Of a stretch of 64,000 nt of DNA, positions 29,275-40,710 are shown one piece after another (the first letter of the stretch is position 1; each line of letters begins with the position of its first letter). A program made the translations under genes and the position numbers. The stretch covers positions 930,001 through 994,000 of the forward strand of contig JASVEC010000016.1 of NCBI GenBank assembly GCA_030770535.1. Direction: 5' to 3'. Under the pieces are notes generated by a model. It was not told the origin of the DNA and made no database searches. It worked only from the letters and a program-made list of their open reading frames with translations. The stretch comes from Batkoa obscura (Eukaryota).

Positions 29275-30070
29275 GTTGGTTGTAATGGTTGCTATATTTT
29301 TATAAATGGATTTTTTTTCGTTTTATTTTATTTATCCTCTACTTTCTATCTATTAAATTCGAAGCTTCAAACTTGATTAATCTTCGTGCAAAAACTTCAA
29401 TATCCTATATAGTTATAAAAACAAAATATTCTTTTTTTAATAAATTTATCAATTTTATTTTCATTAAAAAGGGGCTAATTTTATTAGATTACTTAGTTTA
29501 TTTTCTTAGATTTTAATTGGCTATTATTGATTTACACCAATAAAAATTATTGTTTTTAGTCCTCATCAGAAAAAGTAGGCGGAGATGATAAGCTTAACAG
29601 CTGGTAAAAAGAAGACTAATTGATAACAGTAAGGAAGATTAGCAATAACTAACGATCAATTCTAAAATATAAGTTTTAAAATTAGAATGTAATAAAACTT
29701 CTATTTTATTACTATTTTATTTTTTATTCATTAGCTTGTTAGCCAAATGCTTACACTATACTTTTCTCATTCAGAAAAATTAACATCTTAAAATAGCATT
29801 GCTAAAGTAATTTCAATGTGGACTTATCTTTTTTAATTTAAGGTTGCTGTAAAATAAATGTAAGAGCAAAATTGACAAATCGTGATTAAAAAACTACAGT
29901 TAACTTATTACACCTTCAATTTATGTAGTACAAATCCCACTGATTTCAATTGAGTAATATTAAAAAATTCACTTTTAGCTTATTGGCTCTAAAAAGTAGT
30001 TAAGCTTTAAGCTTAATTTTCGAAATTCAAAAAAAAATCTTATTTCGTATAGATTAATAATCAACTGATA

Positions 30071-33000
30071 ATGAATCCATATCATTTACCTAACCAATTT
30101 GAACTTAGTGAAGAAGATTTATTAACCCAACAAGAAGCATTTTTAAAAGGAGATAAAGAAAACTTAGTTCAATTGAAAAAATCAGAAAAAGAAGATAAAC
30201 CAGAACAAAAATCAGAAACTTCTAAAGAACCCATCCGAATTTCTATAGGCGATGTATTATCTCGAGATCAAGTACAATTTGGTCATATAGAATGTGATAA
30301 AGAAAATAAAACAAGTAAGAAAAAAACAAAATCTTTATTTGCTTTACGTCGAGAGCTGGAGAGAAACGGTGAGAAAAAAGGGGAGGACAGTAAAGGAGCT
30401 CCATTATCTACCGATGGTTTAGTATTAAAAGGGGTTAAAGAAAGAGAAATAACTCAGCCTAAAGTAATGGAGTTTACGAAAAAAGGATCCATATTAAAGA
30501 AGAATATCAATACTAGTGGATTTCCAAGGATATTGCAACATAAAGAGAGGAATGAGATAGAAGAAATTAAGAAAAAAGACGAGATTCAAAAAAAAGATTT
30601 CAAGTTGGGAAGTATTGCTGATAGTGAAGATATTATGGATGAAATTAGCAAGGAGAATGAAAAGAAATTGGAAGAGATGAGTGAAAAAGAAATAATAAGA
30701 TTAAGACAAGAATTGCTTTTAAGTTTAGATCCGAAATTGATTGAAGTATTAACAAAGGATAAAGGAATTATAAAGGAACAAGAGGAAGCAAATGCTAGCG
30801 GTGGTTCAGTTAAGGAGATAGAAAATGAAGGAGAAAGTAAAGAAAAAGTAGAAAAGAAAATGGAGAAGAAAGTGATGTTTCAATTAACTCAGAAAGAAAA
30901 AGAAAAAATGGAAAATCCACATTTAGAAGCAATAGAAAAAAATATCTCAATAGAACAAGATAAATTAAAATGGATGGATGAAATACCAGACTCAGATAAT
31001 AATGACAAGCCAAAGGAAAAACAAAATCAGTTATTAAGATTAAGATTTAATTTTCAAGGTGATATAGTAAATTCTAAACAAGATATACCTACTCATCATG
31101 GTCTCCATCACCATGGTAAATCACCGGAATTGGCGGGATATTCATTAGAAGAATTAATGATGTATTTAAATTCCAGTTATATTTATCAAAAAACATTAAG
31201 TATTTCTATAATTAAAAAAATATTATGGAATATAATAGAGAGACAGATAGAGCTAGAGGAAGATAAGGAAAACATATTAGAATATTTTGTAAAGAATAGA
31301 TTGGGTTATGGACTACTTTTAAATTTAAAAGGAAGAAACTTAACTTTAATTTATCATACAATTGATTTATTACATACTTGGTTAATAGGTATTAGTAATC
31401 AACATGAATTTTTAGAAAATTGTATTGGAATTAATTATAGTGAATTATTTAAATTTGATTTAAGTGAAATTCTAATTGATGAAGAAAAAGACACTGAGAT
31501 GCTCAGGCTGGAAACTTATGATACAGTAAATTCACTTATATGGCATGGCATTTTAAATGAAATTTATAAATTAATTCAAAGAAATAAAGGAATGGAAATC
31601 AAAGTTAGAAATCAACTATTAGAATTATTAATATTATTTGTAAGTTATTCTAATGAATTTGGACAATTAATGGTAAATATGCAAGGGTTTATTGACACAT
31701 TAAATCAACATATTATTGTGGAGATGAAATGGCCACCTTCAAACAAGGAGATTAAAGAATATCAAAGATATTGTGGGATTAAATTATATATTAAATTAAT
31801 AAGATTATTATGTCAATCAGATCCTCAAATTGCTATAAAATTGGAAATGAGATTACAGCCTTTGATAAAGTATTTATTAATTGAAGTGGAGGGTAATGAA
31901 TGGACACAATTAAAGAATGACATTAATGAAGAAATATTTAAGTTAGCAAAACAATTATTGTATTATAACATTTATTGGTTGAAAATTAAAGAATTATTTA
32001 ATGAAGTTTATATGAAATTAGTGAAACAATTAAATAATAATAATAAGGAAAACAGTAGCAATGATAATAGAGTTTTAATATCCTTTTATAACTATTTATA
32101 TTGTTATACAGTTCAACATTTGATTCAATTAGATAAATCAGAATTAAGTTTAATTTATTCTTTTTTTAGAGAATTATTCTATCAAACATTAAAAAATATA
32201 AAGAATGTTCAAGATTTCAGATTGTTAGCAGCTATCCTTGATTTTTTAAGTAGTCAATTTCAATTAGTTAATCAACATCAATTATTCAATAATAAAGATG
32301 TTTCAATGTTCTATCAACAAGTAGAAGACAAATTAGGATTTGAAAAAATAATGAAATTATTAGATTGTAATACTTCAATTGAAAATATATTCTTATTAAT
32401 GAAAAGAGATAATATGAAATTTATACGTTTGTTTCCAGCTATTGGAATCAATAATTTAAATCAATTTAACAATCAATTTCAACAACTCAATTCATTATTC
32501 TTAGTTATTAGAGCTTATCTTTCATTTGATCTAAAAGAAGACTATGTTGAAGAAATTTATAAATTTGTTATAAATTTATTAAATCAATTCAATAATAATT
32601 ACGATTGCTTTTATTTATTTACTAGTTTGCAACATATATTATTAAAGTTAATATTATTAAATAATAACAAATATGAAAATAAGAACTTAGTTTATGCAAC
32701 ATTATTAATTCAATATTCAAAAGATATAGAATGTAATAGATTAGCAATGAAATATTGTAATAAGTTATTTAAACAACGATTGATTAATAATACACAGCAA
32801 AAAGAAGAGAAAATAGAAAGATTTTTAAATAAATTGACGAACTATTGGTTAAAAGATATAAATTCAACAATGTTATTGAACTTTAATAATAAAGATAACG
32901 ACTTCAATGTACTATGGCTATTAAAACCATTAACAGAATATTGGCCAGTTCAAATAGAGAAGAAAAAGACATTTGAAAATGAAGATGTTTTATTATTATT

Positions 33001-33688
33001 CTATTTAATTGAATATTATTATTTAAACTTTAAAGATAATCAATTAGTATGTTATGATGCCAAATTAAATCAATTTCATTTCTTAAAATTAATTTATTTA
33101 CCGCAACATTTTGGATTAAATGAAGAATTGAATTTAATATTAAATAAAATATTAATTATTATTCAACCATATTTAAATAATAATAATAATAATCAACAAC
33201 AACATAGATATAATGAAGAAAAAGAAAAAATATTAAATTTAAGATATCAATTATTACAAGATACAATACCAATTTATTTAGATGAATGTTTTTTTAATTT
33301 AAATTATTTATATATATTAATACATTGTTTAACTATTAATGATTTATTTACAGTAGATTTTCAAATATTAATATTACAAAAATTAATACCAAAAATGCCT
33401 ACAAATATAATTAATCAACTTAATATTAATAATAAAGAATTAAGTATTTATATGGAATATGAAGTAATTGATTTAGTAACTAAATTATTCTTTTATTTAC
33501 CAGTAACTCCAGAAATACCTTTATTATATAACTTAATGAAACAAACAATAATTGAGTATTTTGAAATCAATCAACAATTAGAAAGTGAAAAAAGAAACAT
33601 GACAATAAAGGAAATACAATTATTTAATAATATTAAAAAAGAAATGAGTAAATATAACTTAGAAGAAAAGAATTCATTCTTTTTATAA
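30071..33688 (+). CDS. RBA50: RNA polymerase II assembly factor RPAP1/Rba50-like
   Basis: ISKENEKKLEEMSEKEIIRLRQELLLSLDPKLI (RPAP1_N-like) and LRFNFQG..DIPTHHGLHHHGKSPELAGYSLEEL (RPAP1_C-like). Intronless, 1205 aa. Confidence 0.88.
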   Translation: MNPYHLPNQFELSEEDLLTQQEAFLKGDKENLVQLKKSEKEDKPEQKSETSKEPIRISIGDVLSRDQVQFGHIECDKENKTSKKKTKSLFALRRELERNGEKKGEDSKGAPLSTDGLVLKGVKEREITQPKVMEFTKKGSILKKNINTSGFPRILQHKERNEIEEIKKKDEIQKKDFKLGSIADSEDIMDEISKENEKKLEEMSEKEIIRLRQELLLSLDPKLIEVLTKDKGIIKEQEEANASGGSVKEIENEGESKEKVEKKMEKKVMFQLTQKEKEKMENPHLEAIEKNISIEQDKLKWMDEIPDSDNNDKPKEKQNQLLRLRFNFQGDIVNSKQDIPTHHGLHHHGKSPELAGYSLEELMMYLNSSYIYQKTLSISIIKKILWNIIERQIELEEDKENILEYFVKNRLGYGLLLNLKGRNLTLIYHTIDLLHTWLIGISNQHEFLENCIGINYSELFKFDLSEILIDEEKDTEMLRLETYDTVNSLIWHGILNEIYKLIQRNKGMEIKVRNQLLELLILFVSYSNEFGQLMVNMQGFIDTLNQHIIVEMKWPPSNKEIKEYQRYCGIKLYIKLIRLLCQSDPQIAIKLEMRLQPLIKYLLIEVEGNEWTQLKNDINEEIFKLAKQLLYYNIYWLKIKELFNEVYMKLVKQLNNNNKENSSNDNRVLISFYNYLYCYTVQHLIQLDKSELSLIYSFFRELFYQTLKNIKNVQDFRLLAAILDFLSSQFQLVNQHQLFNNKDVSMFYQQVEDKLGFEKIMKLLDCNTSIENIFLLMKRDNMKFIRLFPAIGINNLNQFNNQFQQLNSLFLVIRAYLSFDLKEDYVEEIYKFVINLLNQFNNNYDCFYLFTSLQHILLKLILLNNNKYENKNLVYATLLIQYSKDIECNRLAMKYCNKLFKQRLINNTQQKEEKIERFLNKLTNYWLKDINSTMLLNFNNKDNDFNVLWLLKPLTEYWPVQIEKKKTFENEDVLLLFYLIEYYYLNFKDNQLVCYDAKLNQFHFLKLIYLPQHFGLNEELNLILNKILIIIQPYLNNNNNNQQQHRYNEEKEKILNLRYQLLQDTIPIYLDECFFNLNYLYILIHCLTINDLFTVDFQILILQKLIPKMPTNIINQLNINNKELSIYMEYEVIDLVTKLFFYLPVTPEIPLLYNLMKQTIIEYFEINQQLESEKRNMTIKEIQLFNNIKKEMSKYNLEEKNSFFL

Positions 33689-34351
33689 TTGATTTTTATA
33701 ATGATGATGATGTAAAATAAAAGAAAATGAAAAACAGCAAATCAAATTCAATACAAAATTCAATTCTTTTTGAAAACTTAATACTCCTAATTTCATGGCT
33801 TTTTTACCTGGTGGTTGAAATATAGCTATTGTTTCTTTTTTCCCACTTTCCTCTGTTAATTTCCATTTGCCACGAGGTAAACAAAGCCAAATAAAAGTGT
33901 CTTCTTTATAATTTTGATTTTTTAAACTTAATTTATATTCATTAATATGATTTTTAACAATATGAATTTGATTATAACAATTATTAATAAATAACCCTAC
34001 TTCATAACTCTGGTTGAAGTTGGATTGAATTTGACCTAATAGTTGTTGGTTACTAACTTCTTCTATCATAGCTCCATCGTAATCAAAATTAATTTGATAA
34101 ATAGGTTTTTTATGAATATCTTTTAAATGATAGGTTAATAATCGACCTACATAATTGGTATATAATTTATATGTATGATGTACTTTAGATGCTTCAATAG
34201 AGTCCTCGGTCATTCGATCTAATAAACTGTTATCAATAAGACTAGGCTCCAGTTCAAAATCGGATGGTTGAACAGCGACTTGGTCATTTATTACTGGCGG
34301 ATGTTTTGTATGTTGACGTAAATCGGCTTCTACTTCAATACCAAAATCCAT
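33683..34351 (-). CDS. Hypothetical protein (222 aa)
   Basis: Long ORF with normal composition in AT-rich DNA; no family recognised. Confidence 0.65.
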   Translation of the reverse strand: MDFGIEVEADLRQHTKHPPVINDQVAVQPSDFELEPSLIDNSLLDRMTEDSIEASKVHHTYKLYTNYVGRLLTYHLKDIHKKPIYQINFDYDGAMIEEVSNQQLLGQIQSNFNQSYEVGLFINNCYNQIHIVKNHINEYKLSLKNQNYKEDTFIWLCLPRGKWKLTEESGKKETIAIFQPPGKKAMKLGVLSFQKELNFVLNLICCFSFSFILHHHHYKNQL

Positions 34352-35326
34352 TATTATATTTTGTTATTATTTTGAAAGGATGAGTGAATATTTTTATAAA
34401 AGAAAAATGAATTATAAGTCAATAAATTAAACGTAAAAAAAGAGAGAGATTGAAATCAAATGAACTCAAAAATAAAATAAAAAGTATATTAATATATAAT
34501 GCTTTTTAAAAAGGTTTTAATTGTTTTTTAGTCGGGTGATAGTCAATATCAATGATGATTTGCTCTAGCTTAAATTCAACTAGTCACATTTGAAAACTGG
34601 AATTAAAAAGAATACAAATTTAACATCAGCTGATTAAGAAATTAGAAAAGCGTAAAAGGATTATTTAAGTGATAAAAGCATCTATTTTTGCATTTTAAAG
34701 AATTAACAAAATAATTTAGGAAATTACTATAAAAATCAAGATTTGAGTTTCTATTGTCACTGTATTAATAAAAATAGCTACTTCAAGAGATGTGGAAGGT
34801 ATTTATAAAGGAGAGTTGTAATAAAAATAAAGATTATTCAATTATAATAATTTTTATATATTAAAAATATTAATCATGATAATTTGAGTTAAACTATTAA
34901 TCACTTTATCCCACATAACACTTGACGAATTAGTCATTAACAATTCAACTATAGAAACAATAAAATCCCTACTAAAACGTCAAATTGTCCAAATTAAATA
35001 AGTGAATTAATTGATTTGATATTCATACTCAATATTCTGATTTATCCAGCTTAAATTTCATCACTTTTTTAGCTATGGTTCAAAGCTATTGTCATTATAC
35101 AACTTGATTGAATTTATAATTCTATAAAATAAAACTCCTTAAGTATTAAAATAGCTTAACTTCACAAATACTTTCTTTTTTTCTTAGAATGCTTGATCTT
35201 CCTTATAATCCATTATTTTTTAGAAACAAACTAAGTTACGTCTAATAAAACAATTCAACTCATTTAGAAAGTTCTTTACTAACAAATAGTTTAAATATAT
35301 TTCAACATTATACATTACTAATAATT

Positions 35327-35399
35327 GGAGCGTTGGCCTAATGGATAAGGCTTTAGACTTCGGACCTAAAGATTGCGGGTTCGAGTCCCGTACGCTTCA
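35327..35399 (+). tRNA. tRNA-Arg (anticodon TCG), intronless
   Basis: Acceptor stem GGAGCGT/ACGCTTC, D-arm GCC-TAATGGATAA-GGC, anticodon loop CT-TCG-GA, T-loop GGTTCGAGTCC. Confidence 0.93.
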
Positions 35400-35626
35400 T
35401 GAAGATTTGATCCTATTTTTAGCACTAATAGTATTTTTCTATGAAGTTAGGTAATAAATTCAATATTCTCATCGATGACCAAATTTTTAACATTAAAGTT
35501 ATTACCAATTGGTAATCATTTTACATAGCAATTATTATATGTAAATTATTATTACTATTGAAAGTCTATTCCTAAATTTAAACTATTAGTATTTTATTCT
35601 ATTATAGCCAATTTTATTCAATATAT

Positions 35627-35720
35627 GGGGGTGTATTTTTGTATTTAAGAATTTTACCAATAAATTTTCCGCTCAAATAGTGCTTAAAAGACGGAAAGTA
35701 ATGAAGCCAAAAACATCTCT
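35627..35720 (-). mobile_element. MITE copy, right end degenerate
   Basis: atat|gggggtgtatttttg...gaagccaaaaacatctct. Confidence 0.82.
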
Positions 35721-36439
35721 GTGTTATTCAACTTACTCTATCCAAATTACTCATAAATTTTAAAACAAGAGATTTAAAATTATATAAATCAAAACTAAAT
35801 TAAAGATCAAGGGATACAATACAAACTTTATTTTAATCAAAGCTCATCAGAAATCGATGTTTATAAATTATTCTAATCAATATATTAGATATCAAATTTA
35901 ATTAGCTTCATTTTATTTAGCTTCTTTCTCATCATCCTGGTTTGATTGTCTTTGTTCAACCATCCTTTGGTTTCTTTTGATCTTGATCCTAATAATACAA
36001 AAATCAGTATAAGTATTGTTAATTTCTTTCCCCTTAATCCTCGTTCAATTCTCAACACCTTATTACTATATCTATATTTTAAACAAATACATTATTATAT
36101 TTTAACTATTCCGCATCAATTTACTTATTTTTCAATACACTTTCTCAATTTACCTTTGTACTAACACTTTATGTTAACATATTAATTTATTACTAAAACA
36201 TTGTACTACACCATTGCCTCTGCTTACAAACCTAACAGATCTCAGTTCGAGTGGGCTAACATCTGGATTGTTGCTATGAGTACTATAGGTTTAGTCGTAT
36301 TCTATAACTCTATTACTTGGTTGTCTGATGAATCATGCTCTATTAAAATTGAAGGCTAGTCAGAAACTTCCTTGGTTAGGTTCTGGGATTTTCTCTGTGA
36401 TAATTTCTAATTTCAAAGTGAACAAAAATATTAAGATAG

Positions 36440-38822
36440 GGAGTTGTCTGAATTAGTTTCATTATTTTATCCAATTTTTTATTAAAACAAAAGTACCCGG
36501 ACACAGTTCTAAATCATTCTATTATAGTTTATACTGTAAGCTAATTGGGTTTCTACTAGATCTTAAATACATATTCTTATAAGATTTTATTGAGAAACGC
36601 TTATTATCGACTGCTTTATAACCAACATTGCAGATTTGTTATCAAATAAGTAAACTATTTTAATGCTATAATTACATTATTAATATATTGCTAAGTTAAT
36701 AAATAGCTGCATGGGAGGGAGTGGTTAGACCCAAAATTATAATTAACTATCCCTATATAGTACAAGTAATATTAGTTTTTACATATTATTGCAATTACTT
36801 GTTCTTTGACTATTTATTAACTTAACTATTAATAAATTAGTAATCTTAACATTTGATGATCTACTTCTATCATTTAACAAACTACTTACTTGCTTATTAA
36901 ATATCGAGCTTTTTAAATTCTCTGTTATTTTCGTAAGGTAAGCTGGGATTGATCTTTTAATTTTTCTATTTTCTATAGACTCTATAACTCTAATTGGAAC
37001 TATATCGCTCTTTTTTGATGTATCAGATACTAAATAACAATGTAGCTTATTGTTATATTTAATAAAATGTAAATAATTTTTAGTGCTTTGTATTTATATT
37101 ATTCTTTTTGTATTTTTGTTTCCTTCATACTTTTTAAAAATTATATCTGTTTTCCCATTATTAACAGTCGAGTTATTAATTTTATTATGCTCGCAAATAA
37201 AAGCCTCAAATCTTGAAATTAATTGATCGATATCTTCTATTTTACCTAACGCTTCAAAGCTACTTTTCCATTTTGAAAGGTTTCCAAAATGTCCATCAAC
37301 TATACTTTTTCCGTAATGCTCAGCAAAAAATCAAGATCGATATTTAAACTACTATTTATTTTATGAATTTCTTTAAACATATAGTGTAGAAACTCTTGGG
37401 ATCTAAAATGGTTTCGTTTATCTGCCCATATATTAATTTTTGCAAACCTTTTAAATAAAAGCTCTGTGGAGAACAAATCGATTAAACAATCTCCTACATA
37501 TGCTGAATCATGATTCAATATTTCAGATAAATAATCAAAGTAAACTTTGCCTATTGTTTTATCATCTTTTAAATATAATACACCAAAGCCTAATACTGAT
37601 ATAGCTTGTTTATTATAATGATCTAGATTTATTGAATCTGGTCTTGTTCCTATTTCCATATTTTGTTTAAAATCTAAAACTATTATACAACTTTTGTTAT
37701 TTAATTTTTTAATAGTTTCATTAAATGTGTTTTTTTGAGTATCAACACAGAATTTATGTAATCTGTATAATTTTTCTTCTTCGTTGAAAATTTCTTCTAT
37801 CTCTGCTTTGTTTTTTGCTGTATTTATTTTGTTTTCAAATAACTTTTTTCTAACTGTATACTGGGTACATATATTACATAGATCCGTTTTTCTTGCTGGA
37901 TTTTTGAAATTATTTGGTATATATTTAAAGAACGTTGACCTAGCTACTGCTTTATCTCTTAGATCATTCAAATATTTACTATATATCATTCTTCTACTTT
38001 TATTTTATATATATATCATCTGATGAATATTTACTATCGTTATTTTTTTATTAAATCTTGATGAAATAGTTGAATCATTTAGTAAATATTGTATGATAGT
38101 TTCAATTCGGTCATCTTTAATTTTTTTTCTATTTTTAATAATAGGTTTTAATGTTGATATTTTATTATCATTACTTGTTTTTGAATAATCATATTGATTT
38201 CTATTTATATTAAACCCAAAACTCTTACATTCATCAAAAGAATATACTGAAGCTATAGTTGATAATAACGCTACTTGCTGATTTTTGTTTCCTGTTTCCC
38301 TTAAAGCACTAATTTTATACATTACTTGATTAAGTTTATTATTATCAATAGTAAACTTTGATAACATATCTTTTCTTTGTTTTGTTTTGTTTTATTATAA
38401 AATTCCATAAACCTTGGGTTGTTATAAGTAGCTCTTAAAATTGATGTAAATGAATTACAATGTTTATATTGTGTACTCCTCCCTATTGTATTGAAGTTTT
38501 CAAAAATTCCATTTCGAAGTTTAGTTATGAAAGTTTGCATTTTATTTTTATTTCAACAAAAAATAGTCAAATAACTGTATTTATATAATTATATAATCAT
38601 ATAGTTATATATTATATATCTGTTAAATATCTAACAGAACTAACATAAAATATATAGTTAGGAAAATTAGCTATTTAAGAAAAGGAAACAATTAAAATAA
38701 GTTTTAAATAGAGACATTTAATTTTAGGCTTTTTAGATTTAACCGTTATATTGGACACAAACTTGAAATTTTAAATTTGGATTAATTTCTAAGTAGATTC
38801 TGAAACCAATTAGGACAGCCCC
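36440..38822 (-). mobile_element. Decayed DNA transposon (~2.4 kb), Sola2-like, with ~22-bp TIRs
   Basis: Left TIR ggagttgtctgaattagtttca (36440-36461) pairs with tgaaaccaattaggacagcccc (38801-38822). Encloses a transposase pseudogene. Confidence 0.7.
36779..38540 (-). pseudogene. Transposase pseudogene with Sola2-type motif order
   Basis: KTDLCNIC, VLDFKQN, NHDSAYV, IWADKRNHFRSQE, EHYGKSIVDGHFG. Frameshifts at ~38370 and ~37325; in-frame TAA at 38005 and ~37095. Confidence 0.75.
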
Positions 38823-39104
38823 ATATTTTATTTTTATTTCAACAAAAAATAAAATCGAATAGCTCTATTTATATAATTATATAATTATATATTATATGTT
38901 TATTAAATATTTAACAGAAACAACATAGAACATATAGTTAGAAAAATTAACTGTTTAAGAAAAGGAAACAATTAAATAAGTTTTAAATAAAGAGATTTAA
39001 TTTTAGACTTTTTAAATTTGATCATCACATTAAAGACACAAATTTAAAAATTTAAAATTTGGATTAGTTTCTAAGTAAACTCTGAAACCAATTCGGACAA
39101 CCCC
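38823..39104. repeat. Tandem duplicate of the transposon's ~280-bp 5' end, including a second TIR (39083-39104)
   Basis: Colinear diverged copy of 38540-38822, ending tgaaaccaattcggacaacccc. Confidence 0.85.
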
Positions 39105-39498
39105 AATATTATTTGTTTTTGTTTATATTATATTTTAAAATTAATGTTTAGTCAGATCGTATTTAAACTTAAACAATATCTAACGCTTAAACTTTTTTGC
39201 TAATTTAATTGCTTTACAGTTATTGTAACTTTTTTGAAACCCAATTCCTAGTATATTTAAAAGAAAATTTACATTAAAATATAGCTAAAAATAAAAACTA
39301 GGTTTTAAAAACTAGCTACATTGATAATTTGCTTATAAAATCTATTATTAAAAAACTTGAAACGAGTTACAACAGCTGTGGTTAATTAAATGAACTAAAT
39401 TGACAAGTTTTCTGAAATAATTAAGAATCAAAAAGTTTTTTAAAGGCATTAAGCTATAATGATCTTTTTACAAATCCTTGAAATTTTTCATTAGATAT

Positions 39499-39597
39499 GG
39501 GGATGTTTTTCTTGGCTTCATTACTTTTTCCATCTTTTAAGCACTATTTGGATAGAAAGGTTATCAGTAAAACTCTTAAACACAAAAACATATCCTC
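39499..39597 (+). mobile_element. MITE copy
   Basis: atat|ggggatg...tatcctc|atac. Confidence 0.88.
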
Positions 39598-39951
39598 ATA
39601 CCTTTAAATTATTCATTGCAATAGCAGTTATTTTATTGCTGACACAAAAACTCTTTTAAAGTAAAAGCAATTTGATACCGTAATTTAATGTCCCTATCAT
39701 TGATTTTTCAGTAAAGTAGCTAACGTCATTTGTATAATAGTACCATATTATCATTCCTTATTTTCATAAATATAATCCATAAAATTTATGTACAACAAAC
39801 TCAATGTTTATTAAATAATTCTATCAATTTGTTTTAAACAAAAAAACCAATTTGGTGCAGATAAACCATTTATTAATACAACATAAGCATAACAAATTTA
39901 TATAATAATATATACAAAACACGCTAATAGAGATAAAAATAGGTAGGCGTT

Positions 39952-40710
39952 TTATTTTGCATCTGCAATATCTACAGCAAATGGATCATTATCTGGGTCC
40001 CAATTAGGTACATATTCAATAACCTTTGAAAATCTTTCAGCTTCTTCCTTACTTTTAGCTAAAGATACTATATAAAAGGCGGCATCCATACCAGCTGCAA
40101 TACCAGAAGAAGTAATGAACTGGCAATGATGAACCCAACGAGCATTAGGTTGCCAATCAATTTCTGGATAAGAAGGAATTATTTCTTTATAACCTGCTTT
40201 ATTTGTCGTGGCTTTAAAACCATTTAATAGCCCCGTTTTAGCTAACACAACGGAACCGGAACATACTGTAAACACTACTTTAGATTTTGCTACTAAATTT
40301 TTATAATCTTCAATAAACTCTTGATTTTGAACTAAACTATAGATACCATAACCACCTGGAGTTAATAATATATCCCAATCTTTTTTGATTGCCTCTTTTA
40401 TACTTGATTTGTTATTGAATGACATGGCTTCAAACATAGGCGTAACTATTGAGTTGGATTTTAATCCTATAGTTTCAATTTCAAATTTATCATTAACCCC
40501 ACTTAATATATCAACGGGACCGATCAAATCTAACATTGTAAAACCTTCAAATAAAATAGCTCCTACTTTATATTTCGATTGAATTGGGAAATAGGGATCT
40601 ATTATGTCTAAAATGTGTAATTTTATTATGGTTATTTTATATTTATTCTTAACTTATTTACTTTTGGATTGACTCCCATCGTCTTTTGGAACTTGTTTAG
40701 TGTACTCCAT
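39952..40710 (-). CDS. DJ-1/PfpI family protein (class I glutamine amidotransferase-like), exons 40710-40662 and 40607-39952
   Basis: FEGFTMLDLIGP, PGG, VCSGS nucleophile elbow, ATTNK, TSSGIAAGMD, IEY. The intron restores the N-terminus. Confidence 0.88.

Noticed and set aside
35354..35370. A-C mismatch at the base of the tRNA anticodon stem suggesting a pseudo-tRNA or SINE
   Set aside because: The rest of the cloverleaf and the A/B boxes are intact; one mismatch is insufficient evidence.
35880..36420. Possible LINE 3' remnant on the minus strand
   Set aside because: No clear RT or zinc-knuckle motif could be read.
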